Shown here: positions 19,886 through 29,132 of the stretch, piece by piece | Layout of the letters: each line of letters starts with the position of its first letter | Position numbering within the stretch: the stretch's first letter is position 1 | NCBI GenBank assembly: GCA_034667725.1 | Contig: JAXDQS010000003.1 | Span: forward strand, 1-64,000 | DNA: 64,000 nt | Reading direction: 5' to 3' | From: Thermoplasmata archaeon | Lineage (GTDB): Archaea > Thermoplasmatota > E2 > JACPAO01 > JAHFTW01 | Notes under the pieces: model-generated | The model's database searches: none | Told to the model about the DNA's origin: nothing | Seen by the model: the letters and a program-made list of their open reading frames with translations, nothing else | Made by a program: the position numbers and the translations under genes

Positions 19886-19981
19886 GTGGAGGAGCCCGTC
19901 TGGCTGGTGCGCGCCGCGGTCGTCCTGTTCCTGGTGGCGTTCGTGGCCTTCACGGCGCACCAGATCCGGGCTTGGTTCTAG
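19886..19981 (+). CDS. Small single-TM membrane peptide (31 aa), not in ORF track
   Basis: MEEPVWLVRAAVVLFLVAFVAFTAHQIRAWF*; GC3-rich codons; fills the gap between tyrS and the end of the pilus operon. Confidence 0.55.
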   Translation: MEEPVWLVRAAVVLFLVAFVAFTAHQIRAWF

Positions 19982-19982
19982 G

Positions 19983-21185
19983 CTAGAACACCCACAGCGC
20001 CACGCGCACCGGCACCCGGCTGCCGTCCCACACCACAGCCCCCGGAACGACGGCCTGCGCGGGCGCCAGGAGCGGCCCGCCAGGGAGGGTGCCGCCGAAG
20101 TCGAACGACATCGCCTGGGCGTGCCGCACCAGGAGGTTGTGCAGCAGCCGCGTCCCCTCGACCGTCGTGCCGCTGGCGGCGCCGTAGAGGGCGGTCGGCG
20201 ACACGCGCGCGACCAGCACCTGGCCGGCGCCGAGGCTGCCGCACAAGCTGGCGGCGAGGATGGGCGCGGGCAGGCTGCCGGCCGCGACCTCGAACGCCCC
20301 GTCCGCGGCGCCCAGGCCCGGCATCGCGCCGTAGGGCGCGTAGCCGCTGGCGCCGAGGAGGTTCGGCGTGGTGGTGACGGGGTGGGACGGGTCGTCGACG
20401 GCGAGCGGGGCGCACGGCGAGGCGGGCGGCGCGGCGGCGACCAGGTCGGCGAGGCAGGTCGAGCAGGGCGTCGGGGAGCCCAGCAGGACGAGGGTCATGC
20501 CGCCTTGGACGGCCGTCGCGATCGAGAAGGCGTCCGCGGCGCCGGCGTCGGCGTGGTCGGTGCCGTACACCAGCACGTCGGGCGGGGCCGCGCAGCCCGT
20601 GAAGCCGGCCGCCGCGGTCGCGTTGCCCGGGGTCTTCACGAGCGACCGCAGCATCGCCAGCTCCGCGGCCGCGAGGGTGGCGTCCGGCCCGCCGACGTAG
20701 CACACCGTGAAGTCCAGCGCCGGCGCCCCCTCCTCCAGCGGCGCCAACAGCGGCGTGACCCGGAGGTGGACGCCGTTGGCCGTGGTCAGCCCGAGCCCGA
20801 TGCGCAGCTCGTCCGGCTCGAGGCGGCCGCCGCCGGAGGCGCGCAGCAGGTTCGCGAGCTTGAGCGGGTCGAGGTGGCGGCTGTCCGGCTCCAGCAGCCC
20901 TGGCACGCCGGGCGCGTTGGCGTCGTGGACCCAGGTCTGGCTCGGTCCTGGCGTGTCGTCCCAGCCGGCGCTGCCGCCGCTGCTGGTGCCTTCGGTCAAG
21001 AGCAGCGCGAGGGCGGACTCGGCCTGGATGCGGCCGGCGGGGTCGGCGTCCGAGGCCTGGCCGGGCGGGATGCTGCCGCGCGCCAGCACCATCAGAAGCC
21101 CGACGGCGGTGAGGAAGATGACGCCCGCGATGGCGAACCCGATGACGGCCGCGGCGGCGCCCTCGTCCTTTCGGAGCGTGGTCAT
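19983..21185 (-). CDS. Type IV pilin-like protein (large minor pilin)
   Basis: MTTLRKDEGA-AAAVIGFAIAGVIFL class III-like N-terminus; last gene of the overlapping pilus operon. Confidence 0.7.
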   Translation of the reverse strand: MTTLRKDEGAAAAVIGFAIAGVIFLTAVGLLMVLARGSIPPGQASDADPAGRIQAESALALLLTEGTSSGGSAGWDDTPGPSQTWVHDANAPGVPGLLEPDSRHLDPLKLANLLRASGGGRLEPDELRIGLGLTTANGVHLRVTPLLAPLEEGAPALDFTVCYVGGPDATLAAAELAMLRSLVKTPGNATAAAGFTGCAAPPDVLVYGTDHADAGAADAFSIATAVQGGMTLVLLGSPTPCSTCLADLVAAAPPASPCAPLAVDDPSHPVTTTPNLLGASGYAPYGAMPGLGAADGAFEVAAGSLPAPILAASLCGSLGAGQVLVARVSPTALYGAASGTTVEGTRLLHNLLVRHAQAMSFDFGGTLPGGPLLAPAQAVVPGAVVWDGSRVPVRVALWVF

Positions 21186-21559
21186 GGGCACACCGCCAGC
21201 GAGTCCCACACGGTGCGCACCGAGCTTCGGCCGTCGGAGAGGAAGGCACGGACCCGGAACTCGGGGAGGGTGCCGCCGTCGTCCTCGAGGGCGGCGACGT
21301 AGCCGCGTTGGGCCTCCAACTGCTCGAAGTGCCCCAGCAGGGCGTCGCGCTCGGTGGCGGTGGCGGGGGTGGCGTCGTCGAACGCCGTGCACAGGCCTTC
21401 CCGAAGTGCTGCCAGCTCGGGCCCGAGCGCGGGGCCGGTCTGCGCCGCCACGTCGCCGGGCACCTGCGCGACCTTGGCGGACAGGATGGTGACGGCGAGG
21501 AAGCCGAGGCCGAGGATCACGGCCGCGAGCAGCATGAGCTGGGCGCCGTCGTCACGCAT
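21182..21559 (-). CDS. Type IV pilin-like protein
   Basis: MRDDGA-QLMLLAAVILGLGFLAV; Q at +1 followed by a hydrophobic helix. Confidence 0.75.
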   Translation of the reverse strand: MRDDGAQLMLLAAVILGLGFLAVTILSAKVAQVPGDVAAQTGPALGPELAALREGLCTAFDDATPATATERDALLGHFEQLEAQRGYVAALEDDGGTLPEFRVRAFLSDGRSSVRTVWDSLAVCP

Positions 21560-22283
21560 TCCACACCACCACCTGGAGGGCGTAGGCGGGGCGGGCCAGC
21601 GGCGCCGTGTCGTCGAACCGCACCAGCACCGCGGACGGGCCGGTGGCGCCAGCACAGGTGGCGCCGGAGCCGGCGCCGAGCGTGTAGAGCGTCCAGGCGC
21701 CGTAGGGCGCGTCGGTCGGGACGATGCTGGCCCACGACGCGCTCCACGGCGTGCCGTCCGGCCGCAGCCGCGTGCCGGCGGGCGACTCGACGCACGCCGG
21801 CGGCGCGCCGGAGCGCTCGTCGCCGGGCGCGAACCGCGACGCGGCGGCAGGGGCGGGCGGGGCGGGGAAGTCCCAGTCGGGCGCCACGAACAGCACGCCG
21901 ACGCCGGCGTCGCCGATGTCGGGGTCGGCGGCGCCGGTGGGCAGGAGCGTGTGCGCGCCGTGGCCGTTGGCGAGCCGCACCAGGTAGCGGCCGCGGTCGC
22001 CCAGCATGGGGGCGATGCGGGTGTCCAGCTCTGCCTGGCAGGCGGCGTCGCCCTGCTCCAGCCGGTCGACCCATGTGGCGGGCGGGCCGCCGCACGCCGT
22101 CATGCCGGCGAGGGCGTCGGCGATGCCCTGCGCGTTGGCCGCGGGGCCGCCGGCGGGCGGCGGGGCGATGGCGGGCGGGCGCTGCAGCACGAAGGCGGCG
22201 AAGATGACGCCCAGGATGACGAGGGCGGCAAGGACGGCCTCCAGCACGGGGACGACGGCCTCGTCCGTGCCGTCCCGCGCCAA
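21552..22283 (-). CDS. Type IV pilin-like protein
   Basis: TTG start MARDGTDEA-VVPVLEAVLAALVIL; LEA motif typical of archaeal minor pilins. Confidence 0.7.
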   Translation of the reverse strand: MARDGTDEAVVPVLEAVLAALVILGVIFAAFVLQRPPAIAPPPAGGPAANAQGIADALAGMTACGGPPATWVDRLEQGDAACQAELDTRIAPMLGDRGRYLVRLANGHGAHTLLPTGAADPDIGDAGVGVLFVAPDWDFPAPPAPAAASRFAPGDERSGAPPACVESPAGTRLRPDGTPWSASWASIVPTDAPYGAWTLYTLGAGSGATCAGATGPSAVLVRFDDTAPLARPAYALQVVVWNA

Positions 22284-22284
22284 G

Positions 22285-23232
22285 CTACACCCCCGACAGC
22301 ACGCGGAAGCTGAACCAGGCGGCCACCACCATGAAGACGATGCCGCCGAGGCCCGCCAGCGCCTTGCCGCGCGTCAGCACGCCGCCCACCAGGCCGCCCG
22401 TGATGGCCTGCATCAGGCTGGCGTGGAAGAACGCCGTGTTGTAGCTGTCCGGGTCGAAGTCCTGGAGGCGCAGGCCGTTGACGGCGGGGGCGCCTTGGAG
22501 GGCGAGGACGGCCGACTTGAACGCCGGCAGGAACTGCGCCTGGATGACCAGCACGACGCCGAGGAACACCGCGAACGTGACGTAGATGACGATGCTGTAG
22601 GACTTCATCTGGTTGTTGCGCGACTGGACGATCTGCTTGATCTCGCGCGCGTCGTCGGCCGCCGCGGTCAGCACGTCCACCACGTTGCCGCCGGCGCGGC
22701 GGGCCTCGATGATCAAGGTCACGATGCGGCGGATGAGCGGGCTGCCGCTGCGGCGCGAGAACCGGTCCAGCACGTCGGTGAAGCCGACGCCCCACTGCAC
22801 CTGCGCGCTCATCTTGCGAATCTCGGGCGTGAGGGCGCCGTACTGGCCGCGGCTGGCGGTCACCAGGGCGCGCGGCAGCGTCATGCCGGCGCGGGCGGAC
22901 TCGGCCATGTCCCGCAGGAAGTCGGGGAACTTCTCGTCGATGGCCTCGACGCGCTTGTGGTCGAGCCGCTTGAAGTAGGCCAGCGGCCCGATGCCCAGGA
23001 TGAGGGCGACGAGGAACCAGTCGGTGGCCCAGCGCGCCTTCCACGGCATGACCTCGAAGGCCGTGAGGAAGCAGAGCACCAAGGCGATGGCGCCGACGGT
23101 GCCGGTGGCGATGTAGATGGAGAGGCGCAGGCGCTGGGCGGCGGTGCGGGGCTGGGCGGTGACGACACCCTGCAATTCCTCGGACAGCTCGAGGCGGCGG
23201 GCGATGTTCTCGGTCTCGGGCAGACTGAGCAT
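22285..23232 (-). CDS. Type IV pilus platform membrane protein (TadC/GspF family)
   Basis: IDEKFPDFLRDMAESARAGMTLPRAL, YGALTPEI, GGNVVDVL. Confidence 0.9.
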   Translation of the reverse strand: MLSLPETENIARRLELSEELQGVVTAQPRTAAQRLRLSIYIATGTVGAIALVLCFLTAFEVMPWKARWATDWFLVALILGIGPLAYFKRLDHKRVEAIDEKFPDFLRDMAESARAGMTLPRALVTASRGQYGALTPEIRKMSAQVQWGVGFTDVLDRFSRRSGSPLIRRIVTLIIEARRAGGNVVDVLTAAADDAREIKQIVQSRNNQMKSYSIVIYVTFAVFLGVVLVIQAQFLPAFKSAVLALQGAPAVNGLRLQDFDPDSYNTAFFHASLMQAITGGLVGGVLTRGKALAGLGGIVFMVVAAWFSFRVLSGV

Positions 23233-23233
23233 C

Positions 23234-24100
23234 CTAGACCTCCGGGATGCGCGAGCGGATGGCGTACAGGAAGCCGAGGTTGATGGCGGGGATCAGGAGG
23301 TAGATCACGATGTCCAGCATCGCGCGCTCGGCCACGTTCATGAGCACGAAGATGACGAGCATCACCAAGAGGAACAGCGGGCCGGCGACGGCGGCGGTGA
23401 CGTAGGCCTCCGACATCAGGCCCATGGTCTCGATGAACTCCTGCTGGTGGGCGCGGTTCTCGACCTGCAGGCGGCGCGCCTTGGTGCGGAAGTAGTTGGT
23501 GAGGTCGCCGCCGGAGGTGATGGTGGTGATGGCGCCTTGCAAGAGGTCGCGGAACTTCTCGCTCGGGCTGCGGTCGATGGCGCGCCGCATCGCGGTCACG
23601 ACGTCCTTGCCATGCACTTCGAGGTCCTTGTAGATCCAGGCGGCCTCGCGCGCGGCCTCGCCGTACACTTGCTGGCTGGCGAGGCTCTTGAAGATCTCCG
23701 ACGGGATGACGCCGGCCGACGCCATGGCCGTGATGTAGTTGGCCGCGTAGGGCAGCTTCATGTCGATGTCGCGGGCGCGCTGCTTGGCGCGGCTGCGCGG
23801 GTAGCCGAGCACGACGGCCTGGGTGCCGAAGTAGCCGAAGCCCGGCAGCACCAAGAGGAGGATGCCGAACTCGGGCGGCATCCCCACGGCCAGGAAGGTG
23901 AAGAACAGCAGGATGGCCAGGATGGTGGTGGCGCCAAGGGCCAGGATGCTCAGGAACCAGGCGTGGGCGAGGTAGGCGTCGGCGCGCACGTCCATGCGGG
24001 CCTTGCGGAGGTCGAGGTCGATGTTATCCAGGTTGGGGTGGGCCTGGGCGCGCGCGCCGAAGACGCGGTAGGCGGTGCGCTCGGACGGCGTCACCGTCAT
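23234..24100 (-). CDS. Type IV pilus platform membrane protein (TadB/TadC, GspF family)
   Basis: Start MTVTPSER overlaps the ATPase stop; IDMKLPYA..YI.AMASAG, YGEAARE, SPSEKF, GGDL..YF, EAYVT..VAGPLF. Confidence 0.9.
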   Translation of the reverse strand: MTVTPSERTAYRVFGARAQAHPNLDNIDLDLRKARMDVRADAYLAHAWFLSILALGATTILAILLFFTFLAVGMPPEFGILLLVLPGFGYFGTQAVVLGYPRSRAKQRARDIDMKLPYAANYITAMASAGVIPSEIFKSLASQQVYGEAAREAAWIYKDLEVHGKDVVTAMRRAIDRSPSEKFRDLLQGAITTITSGGDLTNYFRTKARRLQVENRAHQQEFIETMGLMSEAYVTAAVAGPLFLLVMLVIFVLMNVAERAMLDIVIYLLIPAINLGFLYAIRSRIPEV

Positions 24101-26049
24101 GCCGGCGGCGCCCCTCCCACTTGGGACATCACCTTGGGCTTGTCCTTGTAGTAGCTGATGATGGTCTGCGCGATCGACTCGTAGTCGCGGACCCCCGTGG
24201 ACACGAGGTGCTGGATGAGGCGGACCCGGTCCTGCAGCTCGGCCACGACCTGCGGTGTCGTCATGCCGGCCTCGGCGGCGATGCGCTCCAGCGCGTAGCT
24301 CACGCCCGAGTACTCGAACGAGTCGGTGCCGGGCACCCAGCGGAACACCTCGTTGGTGAGGATCTCGCGGGTGTTCGGGTCGAGGCCGACGATCTCGGTG
24401 ATCTGCTTGGTGCGGCGCACGCGCTTGCCGCCGACCCGGGTCTGGATCTGCACGGTCACGACGTCGAGCGCCTCCAACAGGGGGCGGGGGATGTTGAGCG
24501 GCTCGGACTCCAGGCGGTGGATGACGGCGTCCACCGAGTCGGCGTGCATCGTGCCGTAGGCGGCGTGGCCGGTGGCCATCGCCTGGAACAGCGAGTAGGC
24601 CTCCTCGCCGCGCACTTCGCCCACGATGATGTATTCCGGGCGCTGGCGAAGCGCGTTCTTGAGGAGCTGGAACATGTCGATCTCGCCCGCCTGGCGGCCG
24701 GTGGGGTCGCGCGGGCCGAAGCCGTTGCGGGTCACGCCGGCGATCCAGTTCGGCTGCGCGATGCGGATTTCGCGCGTGTCCTCGATCGAGACCACCTTGT
24801 TCTGGGGCGGGATGAACAGCATGATGGCGTTCACGGAGGTGGTCTTGCCGGAGGCGGTGCCGCCCGCGAACATGGCGCTCATGTGGTACTGCACGATGAG
24901 CCAGAGGTAGGCCAGCATCTGCGGGCTCATGGTCCCGAAGCGCACCAGGTCGATGGGCGTGAACGGGACCTCCTTGAACTTGCGGATGGTGAAGTTGGAG
25001 CCGAACGAGCTGACCTCGTGCGCCAGGGAGGCTTGCAGGCGGCTGCCGTCGCGCATGGTGGCGTCCAAGAGCGGCTCCGCGATCGAGATGTGCTTGCCGG
25101 CGCGCTGGGCCATGCGGATCACGAACGAGTCGAGCTGGTCCTCGTTGCGGAACCGGACGGTGGTGGTGAGCGCCTCGTGCTTGCGGTGGTACACGAAGAT
25201 GGGCTGGTTCGGCCCGTCGCACGAGATGTCCTCAATGAGCGGGTCGCGCATCAGCACGTCGATCGGGCCTTCGCCGGTGAAGTCGCGCAGCACGTAGTAG
25301 AGCAGCCGGTCGCGCGACTCCTCCGCCTCGCCCTGGGTCTTCCCAAGCTGCACGCCGTAGTCGGCCAGCACCTGGTTGAACTTCTCCAGGATGTACTTGT
25401 CCAGGTCCAAGAGGCCCATGTCGCTCGGCTGCAACTCCAGCACGTCGACCATCGTGCTCTCGATGAAGTCCAGGAGGCGGCGCTCGGCGTGCGACAGCCG
25501 CGGCTCGATGACATGGTAGCTCAGCTCGTGCGTCCGGCGGTTGCGGAGGATCTGCACGTAGGCGAACGGCTCGCGGATCGGGTAGGCCTCGACCTCGACG
25601 TCGTCCGCGTCGTAGGCGTAGAACAGCCGGTCCTCGCCGGCCCAGTCGCGCACCAGTTGGCCGCGCTCGTCGGGCGGCGTCTTGCCGAGCAGCTTCATGC
25701 GGCGCTGCTGCTCGTCCTGGACGATGCGCATCCGGCGCTGCTCCTCGCGCGCCATCGGCGCCGGCCGGTCGCCGATGGCCGGCGGGAAGTTGGGCGCCCG
25801 GGCCGCCAGCTGCGGCTCCGCCGACAGGCTGGCGGCCGGCCGCGCCGTGAAGGCGGCCGTGCGGGTGCCGGGCGGCAGCGCCTTGACGGCGGCCGGCGCC
25901 GGCGCGCGCTGGCCCTTGGCCCCCGGCGGCGGCGCCTTGGGCGCCGCGCCGTTGGCCTGGCCGGCGCCGGGGCGCTGGCCCGTGGTGATGGCCGGGTTGC
26001 GGGGCTTGGGCTTGGTGGCGGGGGGACGCGGCTGGGCTTCCGGGCTCAT
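24097..26049 (-). CDS. Type II/IV secretion (pilus assembly) ATPase, FlaI/PilB/VirB11 family
   Basis: IEDISCDG, Walker A GGTASGKTT, SIEDTRE, RQRPEYIIVGEVRG, GH..YGTMHA. Confidence 0.95.
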   Translation of the reverse strand: MSPEAQPRPPATKPKPRNPAITTGQRPGAGQANGAAPKAPPPGAKGQRAPAPAAVKALPPGTRTAAFTARPAASLSAEPQLAARAPNFPPAIGDRPAPMAREEQRRMRIVQDEQQRRMKLLGKTPPDERGQLVRDWAGEDRLFYAYDADDVEVEAYPIREPFAYVQILRNRRTHELSYHVIEPRLSHAERRLLDFIESTMVDVLELQPSDMGLLDLDKYILEKFNQVLADYGVQLGKTQGEAEESRDRLLYYVLRDFTGEGPIDVLMRDPLIEDISCDGPNQPIFVYHRKHEALTTTVRFRNEDQLDSFVIRMAQRAGKHISIAEPLLDATMRDGSRLQASLAHEVSSFGSNFTIRKFKEVPFTPIDLVRFGTMSPQMLAYLWLIVQYHMSAMFAGGTASGKTTSVNAIMLFIPPQNKVVSIEDTREIRIAQPNWIAGVTRNGFGPRDPTGRQAGEIDMFQLLKNALRQRPEYIIVGEVRGEEAYSLFQAMATGHAAYGTMHADSVDAVIHRLESEPLNIPRPLLEALDVVTVQIQTRVGGKRVRRTKQITEIVGLDPNTREILTNEVFRWVPGTDSFEYSGVSYALERIAAEAGMTTPQVVAELQDRVRLIQHLVSTGVRDYESIAQTIISYYKDKPKVMSQVGGAPPA

Positions 26050-26531
26050 GACGACCTCAAGTGAAGGCTGGGGGCGGACTCGCCGGCGTAGCGGTCGAAG
26101 ACGACCCAGGCGTCGCCGTGGACCGCCAGGACGTCCTTGCTCGTGGGCACGTGCAGGGCGGCGGCGCCGGGGGCGACGCGCGCGACCGTGAGGCCCGGGG
26201 CGGCCACGACGACGGTGCCGTTGACCAGGCGGACCGTGTAGGACAGGCCGGCCAAGGTGTCGGGGATGTCGACGTGGCGGTGGACCTGGAGGGTCTCGAC
26301 GGCCACGGCCTCGCGCTCGGCCACCACGATGGCGGCGACCTCGGAGACGGCGGCGGCCATCGTGACGGCGACCCCGTCGGCCTGGGCGGCGGCGGCGCGG
26401 TCGCGGGCGTCGGCCTGCACGACCCCCAGGCCGAGGGTGAGGCCGATGAGCACGAGGGCGAGGATGCCGAAGGTCAGCACCGAGCCGAGCACCTCGCTGG
26501 CGGCCGTGTCGTCAGACGGCCAGGCGGACAC
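26046..26531 (-). CDS. Type IV pilin-like protein
   Basis: GTG start with upstream GGAGG; MSAWPSDDTA-ASEVLGSVLTFGILALVL. Confidence 0.75.
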   Translation of the reverse strand: MSAWPSDDTAASEVLGSVLTFGILALVLIGLTLGLGVVQADARDRAAAAQADGVAVTMAAAVSEVAAIVVAEREAVAVETLQVHRHVDIPDTLAGLSYTVRLVNGTVVVAAPGLTVARVAPGAAALHVPTSKDVLAVHGDAWVVFDRYAGESAPSLHLRSS

Positions 26532-27735
26532 GCACGACCTCCTGGAGGAACCGAAGCTGGAACGGCTCGGCGTCGAACGGGGCGCCCTCGACGGGCACGT
26601 GGTAGGAGACGGAGCGCACGCCTTGGTCGGGCGCCGCGCCGCCGTCCTCGCAGGAGAAGTCGGAGTCCTCCTGCCAGCGGGCGGCCTCGAACTGGGCGTT
26701 GCGCAAGAGCAGCGCGCTGCACGCGGCCGCGGCGTGCTCGCCATCGAGGTCGAGCCGCAGCCGGTACGCCTCGGCGCCGTTGCCGCCGTCGAGGCGGGTG
26801 CGCAGCGCCGCGCCGGCCTGGCGCAGCTCGAGGCGGTGCTCGCCGCGGTCGTTGAAGCCGCCGTCGGGGTCGCCGCGCAGCACGGGCAGGCGCAGGACGA
26901 AGTCCTCGCCGCCGTCGCCGAGGGCACGCTCCGTCAGGCCAGGCGCGCCCGCCTCAATCACGGCGTGGCCGTCGCGGCTCCACAGCCAGCCGGCGGACAG
27001 GACGAGGCCGACGTCGCCGCCGGTCTCCCAGGTGACGCGGTCGCTGGCCGACAGCCAGGCCTCGGCATAGACGACGAGGGGGGCGGCGGTGCCGGGGTCG
27101 TTCTCGCCGTTGCTGAGGCGGAACAGCCAGTCGGCGTCGCGGCTGAACGTGCCGCCGTCGATGCGGCGCAGGGTGCCGGCGGCGCCGCTGGTGGGGACCA
27201 GGGGGACGGCTTGGAGGCTGGCGCCGTCGACGCGGTAGGCCTCCCACACCGAGTCGTCGGTGAGGGTGCAGATGAGGCCCAAGAGCGGGATGAGGTTGCA
27301 CAGCGGCGTCAGGGCGGCCACGATGTTGCGGCAGCCGGGCGCCACGTAGCCGATCGTGGTCGTGTCAGGGTCGGTCCAGCCTGTGAGATGCACGTCGCAG
27401 GCCGGGTTCTCGGCGTCGCGGTCGACGGCCACCAGGACGCGGCCGTCGTCGCGCACGGCGACGGCGCCGGCGGGCAGTTGGATGGGCACGACGCGGGTGG
27501 CGTCCACGCCCGACAGGTCGCCGAGGGCGGCGTGGGCCTGGCCGAGCTGCCCGGCCATCGACTGGAGGGCGGCGCGGTCCTGGAGGCGCTGCAAGGCGGG
27601 CAGGCCCATGGCGGCGACCAGGCTGATCGCGACGGCGGTGATGCCCAGGAGCAGGACGGTGCCGATGACGGCGCTGACGGCCTCGTCGTCGCCGGCTTCG
27701 GGGGCGGCGCGGCGGGACCGGTTGGCGCGCGCCAT
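26512..27735 (-). CDS. Type IV pilin-like protein (large minor pilin/adhesin)
   Basis: MARANR...DDEA-VSAVIGTVLLLGIT resembles the archaeal pilin N-terminus AVSPVIG; start overlaps the upstream stop. Confidence 0.8.
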   Translation of the reverse strand: MARANRSRRAAPEAGDDEAVSAVIGTVLLLGITAVAISLVAAMGLPALQRLQDRAALQSMAGQLGQAHAALGDLSGVDATRVVPIQLPAGAVAVRDDGRVLVAVDRDAENPACDVHLTGWTDPDTTTIGYVAPGCRNIVAALTPLCNLIPLLGLICTLTDDSVWEAYRVDGASLQAVPLVPTSGAAGTLRRIDGGTFSRDADWLFRLSNGENDPGTAAPLVVYAEAWLSASDRVTWETGGDVGLVLSAGWLWSRDGHAVIEAGAPGLTERALGDGGEDFVLRLPVLRGDPDGGFNDRGEHRLELRQAGAALRTRLDGGNGAEAYRLRLDLDGEHAAAACSALLLRNAQFEAARWQEDSDFSCEDGGAAPDQGVRSVSYHVPVEGAPFDAEPFQLRFLQEVVRVRLAV

Positions 27736-28367
27736 CAGAACACCCGCTTGGTGGACTCCATGAAGAGCCCCCGCTCGGTCTCGCGGAACAACAAGAGGCG
27801 CGCCGACTCGGCGACCCCGCGCATCTTGGTGAGCTTCATGTACGGATACAGGCCGAAGCCCTGGCGGTCGAAGCCCAGCTCCATGACCCCGTCGGCCCAC
27901 TCCTTGAGCTGGATGCGCTCCACCTCCGAGTGCAGCCCCGCCGTGACCAGGATGAAGACGTTGTCGCCGCTGGCGCGCACCTGGGTCCGCAGCCGCTTGA
28001 GCTGGCTGAAGGCGTTCGCCCACCCCGCCTGGAGGATGACCTGGCTGAACGAGTCCACCACGTAGCGCAGGCCCTGCTTGGCGTCGGGGACGGCCCACGC
28101 GCCCTTGTAGGGCAGGGGGAGCACATGGACGCGGTCCTTGCGGCCGCCGACCGCCTCGATGGCCTTCTTGACCTCCGCCTCCGGCAGGTCGCTGGAGAAG
28201 TAGGCGCAGCCGCCGCCCAAAAGCGAGCCGCCGGCCGCGAAGTGGGCGGCCAGGAGCTCCATCGCGTTCATGGGCTCGCCGAGCACCAGATGCACGGTCC
28301 CAGGGGGCACGCCGCCGCCGAGCTGGGCGTCTAGCCCGGCTAGGCCAGTGGTCAGGCGGTCGGCCAC
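27735..28367 (-). CDS. KaiC/RAD55 (FlaH-like) RecA-fold protein with degenerate Walker A
   Basis: TTGLAGLD..LGGGVP.G, VVDS, ADGVMEL, TKMRG; P-loop reads GEPMNAME; TTTTAAG box 21 nt upstream of GTG 28367. Confidence 0.8.
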   Translation of the reverse strand: MADRLTTGLAGLDAQLGGGVPPGTVHLVLGEPMNAMELLAAHFAAGGSLLGGGCAYFSSDLPEAEVKKAIEAVGGRKDRVHVLPLPYKGAWAVPDAKQGLRYVVDSFSQVILQAGWANAFSQLKRLRTQVRASGDNVFILVTAGLHSEVERIQLKEWADGVMELGFDRQGFGLYPYMKLTKMRGVAESARLLLFRETERGLFMESTKRVF

Positions 28368-28421
28368 ACCTCTTGACACTAATGCCCCTTAAAACGGGTT
28401 GTGAACCGAGTCGCGGTCCCC

Positions 28422-29132
28422 TCAAGGAGGCGGCAGCAGCCGCAGCGCGAGGTTGCCGACGGCCAGCGCGGCCAGCCAGCCGAGGGCGACGAAGGTCAAG
28501 AGCGGGACCTTCGGCGTGGCCCAGACCCGCTGCACGCCCTCCGCCCGCAGCGCGGCGTAGGCCTCGGCCCGCGACCCGCCGGCCCGCTGCCAGTACCGCC
28601 AGGCCAGCCCGCCGCCCGGCGCGGCGGCCTGCATCGGGTACACGTGGCGGGCCTCGGCGGCGTCCAGGTCCATCGGGACCCCCAGCAGCAGCGCCGGGAA
28701 CGCCAGGTTGCCGCGCGCCAGGTTGTAGGCCGCCATCGCGAGGGGGAACGCAAGGACCAGCAGGGTGCCGTTGGTGATGGCGTCGAGCGCGGGCGGCAGG
28801 CCGATGGGTAGGAACGCCCCGGTCCAGGGGACGATGGGGAACGGCGCCAGCAGCGCGAGCACCATGAGGCCCTTGGCGTCGGCGCCGCCGTACAGGCCCA
28901 CCCGCCAGATGGCGTAGAACATCCCGCCCACCAGCGCCGCCAGCACGAACGGCACCTGCACGGCCTCCCAGCCCATCGTCCAGGCCGCGTGGGCGTCCAG
29001 CAGCACTGCCAAGCCAAGGAACGGCAGCCAGTAGCGGTTCGGCACGCGCCGGGCCCGCAGGTCCAGGACGGCCGCTCCCAGCAGCATCCCGGTCGCGGCC
29101 ACGACGCGCACGACTTGGAGGTCCAACGCCAT
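28422..29132 (-). CDS. Prepilin peptidase, A24 family (PibD/FlaK-like)
   Basis: DLRARRVPN, catalytic GGADAK, C-terminal WATPKVPLL. Confidence 0.88.
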   Translation of the reverse strand: MALDLQVVRVVAATGMLLGAAVLDLRARRVPNRYWLPFLGLAVLLDAHAAWTMGWEAVQVPFVLAALVGGMFYAIWRVGLYGGADAKGLMVLALLAPFPIVPWTGAFLPIGLPPALDAITNGTLLVLAFPLAMAAYNLARGNLAFPALLLGVPMDLDAAEARHVYPMQAAAPGGGLAWRYWQRAGGSRAEAYAALRAEGVQRVWATPKVPLLTFVALGWLAALAVGNLALRLLPPP

